Shown here: positions 36,641 through 49,118 of the stretch, in pieces
Layout of the letters: the number at the start of each line of letters is the position of its first letter
Numbering within the stretch: position 1 is the stretch's first letter
Source: Utricularia gibba
Taxonomy: Eukaryota; Plantae; Magnoliophyta
Length of the DNA: 64,000 nt
Direction: 5' to 3'
NCBI GenBank assembly: GCA_002189035.1
Contig: NEEC01000013.1
Span: 2,790,001-2,854,000 of the forward strand
Notes under the pieces: model-generated
What the model was told of the DNA's origin: nothing
Seen by the model: only the letters and a program-made list of their open reading frames with translations
Database searches by the model: none
Translations under genes and position numbers: made by a program

Positions 36641-37956
36641 ATGTCTGGGTAAGTTGAAATCTTGCGCTTTTAGGCTTTCGCATTTCACTTCACCTCTTGG
36701 ATGGTTATATGGACTATGCACTTTTAGTGTTTTGTCAGAAAAAAAATTTTCGTCTTTGAGTAGTTTGCCATATTTTTGGCGTGGGTCTTAGTGTGCGATT
36801 GTAAAGTTTCAGTAAGATGCATTATTTATCTGAGTGCTTATTTTTTTTGTCGTCTGTTTGACGTATGATGATTGAGTTTGTTTTTAGTAAAATTAAATTT
36901 GTTTTGTGCAACAGTGAGGATGCAGTTGTAGTTGCAGAGGCCCCAGGACCTGCCCTTGGGGAACCTATGGACATAATGACAGCTCTTCAACTTGTGCTGA
37001 GGAAGTCCAGAGCTCATGGTGGCCTTGCCAAGGGGCTACACGAGGCTGCCAAAATTATTGAAAAGCATGCTGCTCAGCTCTGTGTCTTGGCAGAGGACTG
37101 TGACCAAGCAGATTACGTTAAGCTGGTGAAGGCACTCTGCGCTGATCATAATGTTAGTTTGATAACGGTGCCAAGTGCTAAAACCCTCGGCGAATGGATT
37201 GGTGTAAGTAAAAGCTTGCTCCAGCTTTTTTTGCTATTTCAGGAATATTCTCATTTCCTATCCTGAATTTTGTTTGGTCAGTGATGCGTATACTGTGGGT
37301 AGGCACATGGGTCTGAAGTTTGGCTCTTTGGCTCATGTTACTAAGCCTTAGGGATGAATGCAGCACCCAATATTGATCATTCCTTTTTTTGAATTTGGAT
37401 AGGTCTCACAAATATCTTCCCAAACATCAGAAAAGGAAACAAACTTTGTTATGGGCTTGTTTAATCATTTTCTTAGTTTGAACCATCCACGCACAAAAGC
37501 CAAAAGATGATTATGGATTTAATTTTCTCACGACGGTCGTCTGAGACATTCTGTCGATTTTGATGCTACAATCCATTTTTCTGATGGTTTTACTCCCTTG
37601 TGAGTACACCTTTTCTTTTATATGGTCTATTTCCAGGTTGTAATATTTACAGGGTATTTATTACCTGCTCCATGAGTATTAGCTTTAAAGATTTGATCCT
37701 TCCTGATGGCTTCATATAACCTTTCCGAAATGCCTGTTTACTCTTTCAGCTTTGCAAGATCGATTCCGAAGGCAAAGCTAGGAAGGTTGTGGGATGTGGT
37801 TGTGTTGTTGTTCATGTAAGCGCTGGTAGACTCTGAGTCTTCTTTTGCTGATTGGTTTATATGTTAACAATAAAAACTTGCTCTTATAATCTGCAGGATT
37901 TTGGGGAGGAGACTCCGGGCCTTCACATTGTTCAGGAGTATGTGAAATCGCACTAG
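36641..37956 (+). CDS. RPS12: 40S ribosomal protein S12 (eS12), multi-exon
   Basis: MSG|EDAVVVAEAP...MTALQLVLRKSRAHGGLAKGLHEAAKIIEKHAAQLCVLAEDCDQADYVKLVKALCADH; LCKIDSEGKARKVVGCGCVVV; ends QEYVKSH*. Confidence 0.97.
37499..37588 (+). ncRNA. U35: Intronic box C/D snoRNA, U35/snR73 type (predicted guide for the 25S Cm equivalent to yeast C2959)
   Basis: C-like box ATGATTA 37507-37513; guide TCTCACGACGGTC 37526-37538 is antisense to 25S GACCGUCGUGAGA; D' CTGA 37541-37544; C'-like TGATGC from 37561; D CTGA 37581-37584; terminal stem GCCA/TGGT; internal pairing ATGGATT/AATCCAT. Confidence 0.85.
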
Positions 37957-38207
37957 ATGGTTCAAAGGCACTTGTTGCTGCTATCAACCCCCCTTTATTT
38001 CATTCCGCTCTAGCTGTTTTGGAGCTTAGACTTGTTGAGGGATTGTGAATTTCGCCTAAGAAGGCTTTCTGAAGTTTACCTTTTACATGTCTTACGGCTT
38101 AATGCTTCTTTCGAGGAATCCAAGAGTGCTTCTTTCAACTTGCATGAAAACGTCAAACGGTAGAACAAGAATATAAAATGCATGTTGGATGCAGAAATGT
38201 AATGCAC

Positions 38208-40139
38208 CTAATCCTCGTATTCGGTTTCTTCATCATCCTCAGCATGGGCCCAACCGTTTCCCACGTTGTCACGCTCCTCCTCGGTTTCCTCACTATCTTC
38301 TTCCTCACCGGCCTCCACTGCACGCACAGGCCAAGTCTTTTTGGGCACACTCACGTTGGTCACTGAGGTTCTGCGAGCTTTGGAAGGAGGCAGCTTCAGA
38401 TTTGGCTTCGCCCTGCTGCCCTTCTGAGCTTTACTGTTCCTACTGCTGCGTTTGGTGGCGGCATATCCATCTTGATCACTGCCTTCATCGTCATTTTCAC
38501 CATCGTTGTTCTTGTGATTATCATCGGGAAAATGACCAGGGTGCTCTCTCCTCAAATGAAGATTGAGCTTGTACTCGTGGATGTAGGCCTTCTCACATCC
38601 TTCATAGGGGCACCCATGCGGGCGCTCAGCCGACGGTGGGCCGGAAACTCCAGATGATTTTGTACTTTTAACTGACCTCTCTGTTGGAGTATATTTTGGT
38701 GGATCCAGTATGGTTGGCTGATGCTGCAATAAACTTCAAGTTAGTTCACAAGATTAAAGTCCACGGAGAAGGCCATAAACACCAGAGCATTTAAACCCAA
38801 ATCCGGAAGGGACATGAACTTTCTTGTACAAACCTTTTCGTGATGAGATGCAACATGGTTTTTCAGCTTGTATTCCTGAGCATAGCGCTTCCCACACTCG
38901 GGTATGGGCAAACATGATAATTCTCTTGAGAATGTGTCTTCATGTGTGACCTCAGATTAAAGTCCAATGAGAAGGCCTACAGAACATTTTGGACAGAGCA
39001 TGCTTAGCAAATGAAACAGAATATCGCGGTGGATACATAATAAAAAAACAATAGATATAAATGCATTAAAGCAAGAGAAGGCAACAAGAAGGTATTAGTC
39101 ATAAAAGACACAATACACACAAGATAGGGGAGAGGCATATCTTCCAACGTAATGATCACCGGCATTTTAAAATCCACCCATGTTATTATAATCCATTATA
39201 CCTCTAAACTGCACAGAATGACTAATAAGCCTAACAAAAGACTCACATAGTTCTTTGAGAAGGTAGACTTATTCACCTTACCGCACCCTTCATGAGGGCA
39301 AACATAATCGCGCTCTCCAGTGTGAATTAAATAATGCCTCTTGAGTTTCGAACTATCCAAAAATTTCTGCGAATACCAGGCACTGATAAGTACTCACAAG
39401 ATAGAGACCCAACATTAGAATTCTTCTATAACGGCACACATGCTCCGATTCATCTACAACACATCTAGAAGAATATACACAGAGATCTCCCAAACAAAAT
39501 GAAATGTCTGTGATATCCTGAGAACAACAAACAAGCTTGACATTTTTAATGATAAAATGTGAATGCTTTCTCAAAAGGACTACCTTCCCACAATTCATGT
39601 ACTGGCACACATGTTGTCTCTCCCCATGAATATGAGAATGCTTTCTCAAAGCTCCAGCATCAATAAAAGTTTTCCCGCATCCTTCATAGCTGCAAAGAAA
39701 AAGAACTTCTGTTGTTGGCTCGGGCTCAGGCTCTGGTTCTAATCCTTTCGGATCTTTCAACTTCTCTTTTATGGCATTCAACGTGGCCTCTGGTGAAGAT
39801 TAATATAACTAGATTAATCATCCAAAACAAAACAAGACTCCGATACTGAAATTATGACTAATAGCTTTCAGAATACCGTTGACCCATTTCAGAACAAGGC
39901 ATTTCCCACCAGTGGAGATAAGGTCTTGAGGAACCCTTAAAAAAGAGGATGCATAAACAGGGTAAAAATCAACAGAAACGAGAACAGGAAACGCGTGCCA
40001 CTTTAGAAGCAGAAAGTAGAAATCATACGAAAAAACTGATCAGTTACCATTCCTTAAACCATTTAACAGGGGGAGCGAGGCTCCTGGACTTGGGCATGGG
40101 GCGTCGGTCAAAGAACGAACGGGTAACATGAGAATCCAT
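38208..40139 (-). CDS. YY1: YY1-like C2H2 zinc-finger transcription factor, multi-exon
   Basis: RRPMPKSRSLAPPVKWFKEW|VPQD; FLCSYEGCGKTFIDAGALRKHSHIHGER; KFLDSSKLKRHYLIHTGER; AFSLDFNLRSHMKTH; ERPHGCPYEGCEKAYIHEYKLNLHLRREHPGH; ends DDEETEYED*. Confidence 0.93.
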
Positions 40140-40771
40140 GAGCGCCTCGGTGATTAAGCAGAACCGCACTTCATCGGCAGAAGAAACAAGGATTGGGGTT
40201 CCGACTAACACAGCAGCCGGATCAAATTTTGCAGGCAGAGAGAGAAAGAGGAGACCGGCAAAGGCTTCTGGGCTTCGTTGAGTCCCCCTCGTATTACAAT
40301 GCAACTGCCACGTTCTTGCAGGCCGAATTCCGTGAACTGGGCCTGCCTGGCTTTTTCGACACTCTTCCCCCCATACATTTTTTTTTTCAATATAGATAGA
40401 TAAATATTTAAAAAATTATCAATCTATTTTTACCTAATTTTCATATCATTTAATATTTACGAAATGATCCGATAAACCCAATCTTTCTAACCGCGACACG
40501 ACCCGTATTAGATTCTGCCAAACCTGGACGAATCCTTTGCCATGCCAGCCATCCTCGGAAGGGAAGGCGACAGCAGCACGAGCAATGAGAAAACTGAAGG
40601 GACTCGGACAGGAAACAAAATGTGGAGTGTGAAGATGAGCAGCAAGAAGAGGAGATGCAAGGCGGTAGTCACCAACATTGCTAAGACATGAAACCAGAGC
40701 CGGGGATCCCAAATTCAAAGACTGCATGCAACACAGAATGAACTCTTCCAACATTAAGCTTGATGATGGAG

Positions 40772-40969
40772 TTAGCGCAGCCTCCTGGCCTCTCTTTCGG
40801 ACTCCAGCAAGGTGAGGATATCACCCTCGCGAACTGGGCCCTTGACGTTCCTCATGATGAACCGGTTCTGATCATCCACGAACTTGACTCTCACTTGAGT
40901 GACCTGTCCTCTCGACCCTGTTCTGCCAATCACCTTCACCACGATCGCATGCTTGATCTGAGAATCCAT
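40772..40969 (-). CDS. RPS28: 40S ribosomal protein S28 (eS28)
   Basis: [65 protein letters not shown]; probable 5'UTR intron upstream. Confidence 0.98.
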   Translation of the reverse strand: MDSQIKHAIVVKVIGRTGSRGQVTQVRVKFVDDQNRFIMRNVKGPVREGDILTLLESEREARRLR

Positions 40970-41460
40970 TGCTGCCTGCTCTAACAAGCTTCAGCAAGCA
41001 TAAAACCATCAGTACAACAGATTTCTCCAAATGGTGCAAGAGACCGCGACAGCGCATCAAAAAGTTATAATGCACAAAGAATCAGTCATCAAGGAGCTGA
41101 ATTTAAACCTAATTGGACCTTAATCCCCCATACAGAACCGTGTCAAAATGCCCCCAAAATCAACCAAAAAAGCTTTTTTTTTTTCAGTGAAGCATCCCCA
41201 ATCAATCCCAGTACGAAGATACGCTTTGAACCAGTGAGCAAGAAAATCATAAATCCCAATACTAAGATACGCCTGATCTTGAACTAGTGAGCAAGGAAAT
41301 TATAAACTGCATCCGCATACGCGAAGAAAGTAACACCTTCGCATTAAAATAGACAAAAGCACGCACCTCAGAGATCAAATTCAGATTTCCGAAGAACGGC
41401 AGCAGTCTACAGAACAATCCCTAGATGAGAGAGCCACCATCACTATATCAAGCATGTAAT

Positions 41461-41473
41461 TGGGCCTAGCCCA
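41461..41473 (-). promoter_or_regulatory. Paired site II motifs upstream of RPS28
   Basis: TGGGCC-T-AGCCCA at 41461-41473. Confidence 0.55.
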
Positions 41474-41912
41474 ATAACGCACATCCACCTGCTTCTAGAT
41501 TGCGTTGCGCATTTAATTAAATTCCAATACTACTTTCAAGAAAAACCGTTTTCCTTTAGTTTTTTTATAAAAAATAAATAAATTAACAAATCAAATTTAT
41601 ACAAGAAATATTGGCCTTTTGGAAATTGACAAAATGATGATGATAACTCTAAGAATATATTTAGAACATTTCTTGGTTACGTTGTTTCTGTAAGGACGCT
41701 CCCAAGCAAACGCATATGCCACACCAGCAGTTTCCTGAGTGTGTGCATTGTAATGGAGCTCGGTGCCTAGAGAAACAACGGGATCATCTATAAATATGGC
41801 CATGGGTACTCACAGTTAGCTCCATGGGCAACTGAAGGGATCGGATTCATTCCTCTGTAGGTATTATTTAGAAGACACAGCTAAGTATGGTGTGGAGATG
41901 TATGACTTGGCT

Positions 41913-43712
41913 TCAAGATCCCAGGAGCTTATTCCATCTGGCGTATCCCAGGACAAGAATGAAGCAAACCAATGAGATGACCGTCATCAGGCCGACGGCC
42001 TCGCCGAAGATCCCGTTGATGCTGTAAAGAGTGCAGGGGATGTTCATCCCGAAGATCCCAGCGAAGAGGGTGTCTACAGCTACAGCGAAAGAGGTGATGG
42101 TTAGAACCAGCTGAAGTTGAATGAGCTCGTTTCTCTTGTTGTCCAGCTGGATGTTCACATAGTCTTCTGTGTCGTCGATGTATTCACGCACCTGCAGGTT
42201 CACAAAGGCATAGCGAAATGTGATGATCCAACAAAATCAATAGTGATTCCGGTGGAGATGGAGGAGGCAGCCGGATTACTCAAAGGAGCTTACTGAAAGT
42301 ATTTTATTCCGTGTGCCATCCAGTTGCATGAAATATGCTTCCAGCAGCATTTCGAGGTCCTCCACATCTTGGTTGTGTAGCGTGTTGCTCAAAATACTGC
42401 CGCTTCTTGTAGAACCAGTGCGGCGAAGCTGAGAGACATAAGGGATCATCGTGCTATTTGATGCATGAGCCGCAGCCATGGCCTCAGCTTGCTGGTTCTG
42501 CAACCACTTCCTTGTTACGTACAGTTGAGCCATATCTTCGTTGTCATCCAAAAGGTGTTCTATTTCATCCCTCACCTATAGCACATGTGAAACACTTGAC
42601 CTTAGACCATGTATAAATCGAAAACCTGAAGATAAAGATCTGCCTTATTATGGACAGAAACGTTCCAGTGTTCAAAATCTAAAGAATGATGAACGGTTTA
42701 CCTTTTGAACTCGTGCAAGCAACCGAGTAAGGTTGCTTTTCAAGCTTCGAACATGCTCAAGATTCTTGGTGCTTACATTTCTAGCCAACTCATCTAGAGC
42801 AGGATAAGCATCCCTCTCGAGTTCAGCAACACTGGAGTCCAGGAACGAGCACACAACCTCTAATGCCATTTCCAGAACCTGAAACTCAAAGGGCAGTTCG
42901 TCTTGCAACCCTTCAGCAGCTTCAGGCCCTGGAAACCACTTTCCATCTACTGGAGATACAAGTTGATTATCTTGCGGGGGCTGCCTAGTAGGACTCTTCA
43001 GTGGTAATTGTCGCCTGAGTTGATCAACGAAGGGAAGCACCTCCTGGCGCAGTGGATCAAGGAGTAATAGCTCTTCAGCGGTCACTATGGCTCTTATAAA
43101 CTCCAAGTTGACAATAATGGCTTTTTCCCTTGCTGAAAGGGGGAGACAATGCAACATGAGGCAACATTTTTTGTCACACAAAACAATCTCTCAACCCACA
43201 AAAGTAGAATATATTTTCAAGGGGACACTAGTTTGGAAAAATTTTCATGATCACATGCATTAGTAGAGCTTATGCAGATTGATCGACAAATATACACATT
43301 AACCATGGCCCTTTGTAGCAATTAAAAACAACCAGTAAAGGAAAGGATGAGCAGGTGCCACACGAATCGAGGCATGGAAAGGATATAAAAAGAGATCCCC
43401 AGACAAAACAAAAACAAAAAAAAAAGGAAGCTTTTTTCCTCACTAACCAAGGATGCTTGAGGACTGAGAGAAGATGGGCCCTAAGATCCTCAAATCCCTA
43501 GAGGGCAACGAAGCCCGCTTAATGATAAAGTTCTTATCGCATTCGATGAGTTCGGACTGCCCAGCCCGATCCATCCTCATCCAGAGACGCGAACCGGAGG
43601 CCTTCTTCTTCACAACAACCTTGCTCGTGGACGGCCCCTCCACCACCGAAGACGGCGGCGGAACAACCTGGGTGGCGGTGGTCTGTTTCCTGCGGAAAGT
43701 CAATTTCCCCAT
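41913..43712 (-). CDS. MRS2-4: Magnesium transporter, MRS2/CorA family (MRS2-4/MGT6-like), 4 exons
   Basis: [50 protein letters not shown]|[11 protein letters not shown]; LPFEFQVLE; [10 protein letters not shown]; [13 protein letters not shown]; GMN motif in GIFGMNIP. Confidence 0.95.
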
Positions 43713-44542
43713 TTCCACCGAATTGCTCTCGTAACCAACCACCTGGAATCGCAAAAACAGGCACCTTCACGGGCAGAATGATCGATATTCCCCAGCAGAT
43801 TCCTGGTATTTCATCCATAAAATACTGGAAACTGCTCTCAACACTTGATCTCTTGGATCTTCTTCTGGAGTGGAGCCTGGTGTTTTAGAAATAAACAAAT
43901 AATCCCACTTAATAAATATATATTTTAAGGTTATTGACTATTTTATATTCAATTATTTTTACACGCGTCAAACCCTATGAATCAGGGTAGTTATAGATTG
44001 GGCCGTTTCCCAACCAGTCCAATCCACTTGTTAATCAAGATGATTAGAGGTGGAAAACCGGTTCCACCCCCAAACTGCATTTAGCGCACGTGATCGTATT
44101 GCAAATTACAATTCGTAAACATGTTAGAAGATGAACTACTCATTTTGCATCAAAGATAGATTTGAGGTTGGAAACTGCTCGAACCGAAATCGAACCAATA
44201 GTAATTAAATTTTAAAATGTACTATGCTTATTGTCAACATTCTAAATCTAATGCATGCTTTGCAATACGTTTTGAAGAATAATATATTCTAAATTAGAAT
44301 AAGGGGAACAAACTATGCTCAGAAGTTAATAAATATAATAAATTGTACTTTAAAATAATTATGAGTCAAGGACACAATTAATAATTTACTTATTTACATA
44401 TATTCCGAGAATTTTATTTCCATATCTGCAAGATCCTCTCTTGGTAATGGAGTGGCGGATGCACAGTAGGGTGATGACGAAGCAGCCAACGCAAAAATTT
44501 CTGAGTGACAAGAGGTGATCGAGGGGGGAGGGGGGGATCGGA

Positions 44543-45669
44543 TCAGTGAGTGACGGAGAAGACGAGGGATCCGTTCTCCCAGCGAAGCCTCATCTCTCTC
44601 CCGACCTGCAGTCTCTTTTCCCGGATGATCTTCCCCCATTTACCTACAAGATTGTAATAGCTTCCGCGCCATTTCAACTTCATCACATAAACCTCGCCCG
44701 TATCATCATCTCGTGCATCGATTTCGAGTTGCCGCTCGTTCCTCAGTTGCTCCCGAGCCTGAGCCGACCAGTAGAACAAGATATGGTCCTCCACGGGCTT
44801 GCCCGGAAGAGTTAGGAATGGGTGATTGGTGTCGACGTCGGACAAGGTGAGAACTTTCTTCACAGGCCAGTTATCAGATGCGGCTGCTGTTAGGACATGG
44901 CCTTCTTCTGGGACTGAGAAGTATAGACAGTTGTTTCGCCATCGAATCCTTATCTCCTGACCAGCGCCAAGACCTTTTTGCCTAATTATGTTGCCCCACT
45001 TCCCCATGAGGTTGTAGTAGTTGCCTCTCCATCTCAACTTCATGGCATGTACATCCCCTGTTTCATAATCACGGGCGTTTATCGAAACTTGCTCTTCCTT
45101 TCTCAGTCTTTCCCTTTCTTGAGGCAGCCAATGGACAAGAATGTGATCTTCGACTGACTTACGAGGCAGGGGGAGGAAGGGGTGATTTGGATCAACATCA
45201 GAAGATGTCAGCATCTTTTTAATAGGCCAGTGGTCCTGTTCCACCGGCACCACCGGCATTGGAGCCGGTGGTTCTGGTACCACAGCAGGCATCTGGTGCT
45301 GAGGAACTGAGAAATGCAAGCACCCATTATACCAGCACAGCTTGATTTCCTGGCCTACATCCAGAACTTTGCCTCGAACAACTTTCCCCCATTTTCCAAT
45401 GAGATTGTAATAGCTACCACGCCACTTCAATTTCATCACATACATCTCACCTGTGTCATCATCCTGCGCATTGATGCCCACTTGGCTCTCTGAGCGCAAG
45501 GTTTCCCTCTGGTCTGGAGTCATGTATACCAGAATATGAGTTTCTACTTGTTGCCGGACAAGGTCAAGAAAGGATGGGTTATGTCAACATCTGAAAGTGT
45601 CAATGCCTTCTTAATAGGCCAGTGATCCTGCACCTCAGGTACGGTATCATGGTAAGGTGTTCTCCTCAT
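44543..45669 (-). CDS. Protein with three tandem B3-like DNA-binding domains; one apparent -1 frameshift at 45554-45557
   Basis: Three units of WP(I/V)KKxLTxSDVDxxHPFLxL...VE(D/T)HIL...ARDxxTGxxxxMKL(K/R)WRGxYYNLxGKW...G(Q/R)E. ORF 45544-45756 joins ORF 44543-45523 if one base is added at CCGG (giving LSRQQVETHILVYM). Start MRRTPYHD at 45669. Confidence 0.85.
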
Positions 45670-47478
45670 TTCACCAAATCGAAAAAGTAAGAATATACTA
45701 GGAAAATGGCCTGTGAGGTTCCACAAGAAGCGGAAACTCTGCAGATGACCGATCACCCAAATGAAAAATTGAATCTTTTAGCCAATCGAATAACGAAGCC
45801 AAAGGGATTGAGTGATTCCCAAGTCACATACAGAACCAAAGCCACTTGATCAACATATGCATACCATCGGAATGCTCGCTCCAGCACCAATCGAAAACCC
45901 TAGATCCCAGCAAGGGTCGCGAGGACGAAGGCTAAAACAAGACCTCCAAACCACAACTTCTGAGGAACACCGGCGGCCTCCCGACGATCAACTAAAAACC
46001 GCGGCCAGCCGCCGTGGTTCAGCCCAGAGGAATTTGGACAGGAGACAGATTCTACGGAGACACGGTGGAAGAAAGAGAATCCAACACTGAGAGCGTGAAC
46101 GCGCGAGTGAAATTACCGTTCCGTCCCTTCTTCACTAATTTACTAGTAACTAACCAATCAACACCTAATCTCTTGACTAAAGCTACCTCCGATACCTTAT
46201 TTTCAGAAAATTATTTTTTTACTTACCGATAATCCTTACGTCCTCATCGAAACTCAGTTGCTGATATCGATTATCAAATGAGATTGAAATTAAAAAAAAA
46301 AGATTGTAATAATTGTCGTGGTTCTGACCGGGTGAGCGAACCAACGGCACCAACTGAATTGACAATAAATTAGTGGAGGACTTTTTAGGCAGGGTGAGTG
46401 GTGGTTTCCACAAATGATGAATATAAATAAGTAATCCTGAACCTGTATGTCGACTTTCCGTCTTGTCTGTTTGAGAGCTTGAAGCTGGATTTAAGCCCAC
46501 CTTGGGATGAAATTGAAGCCCTCGTCACCGATTTTGTGTGCTGCTGCGTGAAGGAGAAGGTGATTGGTGTTTCTAGCCTTGTGGGTTTTGTTTTTAGTGG
46601 TGTCTGGGGTTGACCCACTTTCATTTTCTTCTGTTGGCTGTGATCTGCTGCTCCAGCTGCTTCTATGTTTGGAAAGTTATTTTTCCAGCAGAAAGATGAT
46701 TGACCCTTTTTCTTTTTAAAAATGGATCTTTGATCCTGTGGCGCTTGTTCGACCACGATGCTGTTTTCTTTCTGAGCGTTTTAATTCAACCGTTTTGTGC
46801 CGTTCTGAGCACTGAATCTTCTGGGTTTGGTTTCAGAATTTGCTATCCGGGTACATACAGCTTTTTGTGTTGTGAGGTATTCCTTTCTTTTTAATCTCTG
46901 TCTTTGATTTTTGAATTTGTTTAGGGGGTTTTTATGACTACACGATCCTTATGAGAAACTTCAGATACGCGTGCTGCGCTTGAAGATCTCAGCTGCAGAT
47001 TTAAACTTATGTTTCTAGGAGATTCGATTGGCTTATCTGCAAGTATGCTCCCGGCGGGTTCAGAGTTTTCCCGGTAATTCTAAACTCCATAGTTGCACTG
47101 TACTGCCTGTGGTGATAACTGTGCATTTCGGCGGTTAAGTTACATCAATGTTCCTGGTCTCTGAGCATATGCTTTAAACGCTCCTTTGGAGCTTGTGTAT
47201 GATTGGGATTCTGAAAAAGACCAGTTTTCCCCGTAGTAAAAACCATGCTTTGTTTTTTTAGTGGACATATGAAAACTAGGTTTACATTGAGATGTTTTTC
47301 CTAAGCTTCATTGCATCCCTCACTAAAACATTTGCTTTTGTGTTCTTACCAAAATTCTTTTTCTGAATGTGTTTGGATCCACAGGAGCTTCTCAAGTGCT
47401 CGATATTGCTAAAGACAGATACCACATCTGAAGGCATCAAGAGGAAGTGTTGCTATTCCGTGTGTATTGGAGATCTCT

Positions 47479-49118
47479 ATGTCTTTTCGAAGTTTAGCTC
47501 ATGACTTGAGGAGCAGTTTTCGGAGCTTGTCAAGGAGGAGCCTGGATGTGAGGCTTCCTGGACACAGTAGGGGAAAATCACATGGTTCATTTCATGATTT
47601 GAATGAACTTCCCTCAGTTATTCAAAATAGTCCCTGGGCTAATCTCCCCCAGAGCTGCTTTATGATGTGATCAGAAGATTGGAAGAGAGTGAGAGCACAT
47701 GGCCGACGAGGAAGCATGTCGTCGCCTGTGCCGCTGTTTGCCGCACTTGGAGGATCATGTGCAAAGAAATTGTTAAAGCCCCAGAATTATGTGGAAGGCT
47801 TACATTCCCAATTTCCTTGAAGCAGGTGTTTTTCTTTTTTTCCTCTCATACGACATCCTGCTCGAAAGGCAGTTCATTTGGTAATGTAGTGACGTGTGTT
47901 TCCTCGTGTCTTGTCTGATCTGCAGCCTGGACCTCGTGATGGAGCCATCCAATGTTTCATCAAGAGAGACAAGTCTCATTTAACCTACCATCTGTTTCTG
48001 TGCCTCAGCCCTGGTGAGTGTAGATGAAAATGTGACTTTTTTCTGCTTGTTGTTCATTCACATTGCTGATGTTCTGCTCCTCTTGTCCAAGTTCTTGATC
48101 TTCTTGTCTTCAAATCCACTTGTCTCTTGTTCTACTCCTCTTCTGTATCTTCTCTATCAGTACGCTTATGTGCGTGCACTCGCCTGCTTCCTGATGCTGA
48201 TTTGCCCTGCAGCTCTACTGGTTGAAAATGGCAAGTTTCTTCTCTCTGCGAGGCGAACTCGTAGAACCACTTCTACTGAGTACATCATCTCCATGGATGC
48301 AGACAACATTTCGAGATCGAGTAGCACGTACATTGGAAAGCTAAGGTACTCCCCATTTTCTCTCCTGGGATTCTATGCTTCTGTGAGACAGTTAACTGCA
48401 ACGTCTTTTCGCAGATCGAATTTCCTTGGCACAAAGTTTATCGTTTATGATACGCACCCCCCTCACACGTGTGCACAAGTCTCGCCGCCGGCTAGATCCA
48501 GATCGAGCCGCAGGTTTTATTCCAAAAAGGTCTCCCCGAAGGTGCCAACAGGGAGCTACAGGATCGCCCAGATTAGCTACGAGCTGAATGTGCTGGGACA
48601 AGGGGGCCGAGGAGAATGCACTGCATCATGCACTCCATCCCCGCTTCATCCATCGAGCCCGGGGGAGCGCACCGGGGCAACCGGAGCTTCTCCCACGGCC
48701 GCTGGAGGACTCCTTCCGGAGCATCTCTTTCTCTACATCGCTGGATCAGTGCTCGGAGTTTGGCAGCTCAAGATTCTCGGATATGGGGGTCCTAAACGAA
48801 GGCGAGGATGATCGCAAGACGAGGCCGTTGGTTCTGAAGAACAAAGCCCCTCGTTGGCACGAGCAGCTGCAGTGCTGGTGCCTCAACTTCCGGGGACGCG
48901 TCACGGTGGCGTCCGTCAAGAACTTCCAGCTGATCGCGGCCACGCAGCCTGCCGCCTCCTCTACGCAGGCGGCCCAATCAGACCATGACAAGATCATCCT
49001 GCAGTTCGGCAAGATCGGAAAAGATGCGTTCACGATGGATTACCGGTACCCACTCTCTGCATTCCAAGCTTTCGCGATCTGCCTGAGCAGCTTCGACACG
49101 AAACTGGCGTGTGAATAA
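47479..49118 (+). CDS. Tubby-like F-box protein; three apparent -1 frameshifts
   Basis: F-box WANLP(P)[30 protein letters not shown]; Tubby domain [61 protein letters not shown] and [16 protein letters not shown]. Single bases are missing in the runs at 47646-47650, 48595-48597 and 48661-48665. Confidence 0.93.

Noticed and set aside
37277-37380. Second possible snoRNA in RPS12 intron 2 (GTGATGC...CTGA)
   Set aside because: No convincing guide (GCACATGGGT is sense to 25S, not antisense) and no proper terminal D box or stem.
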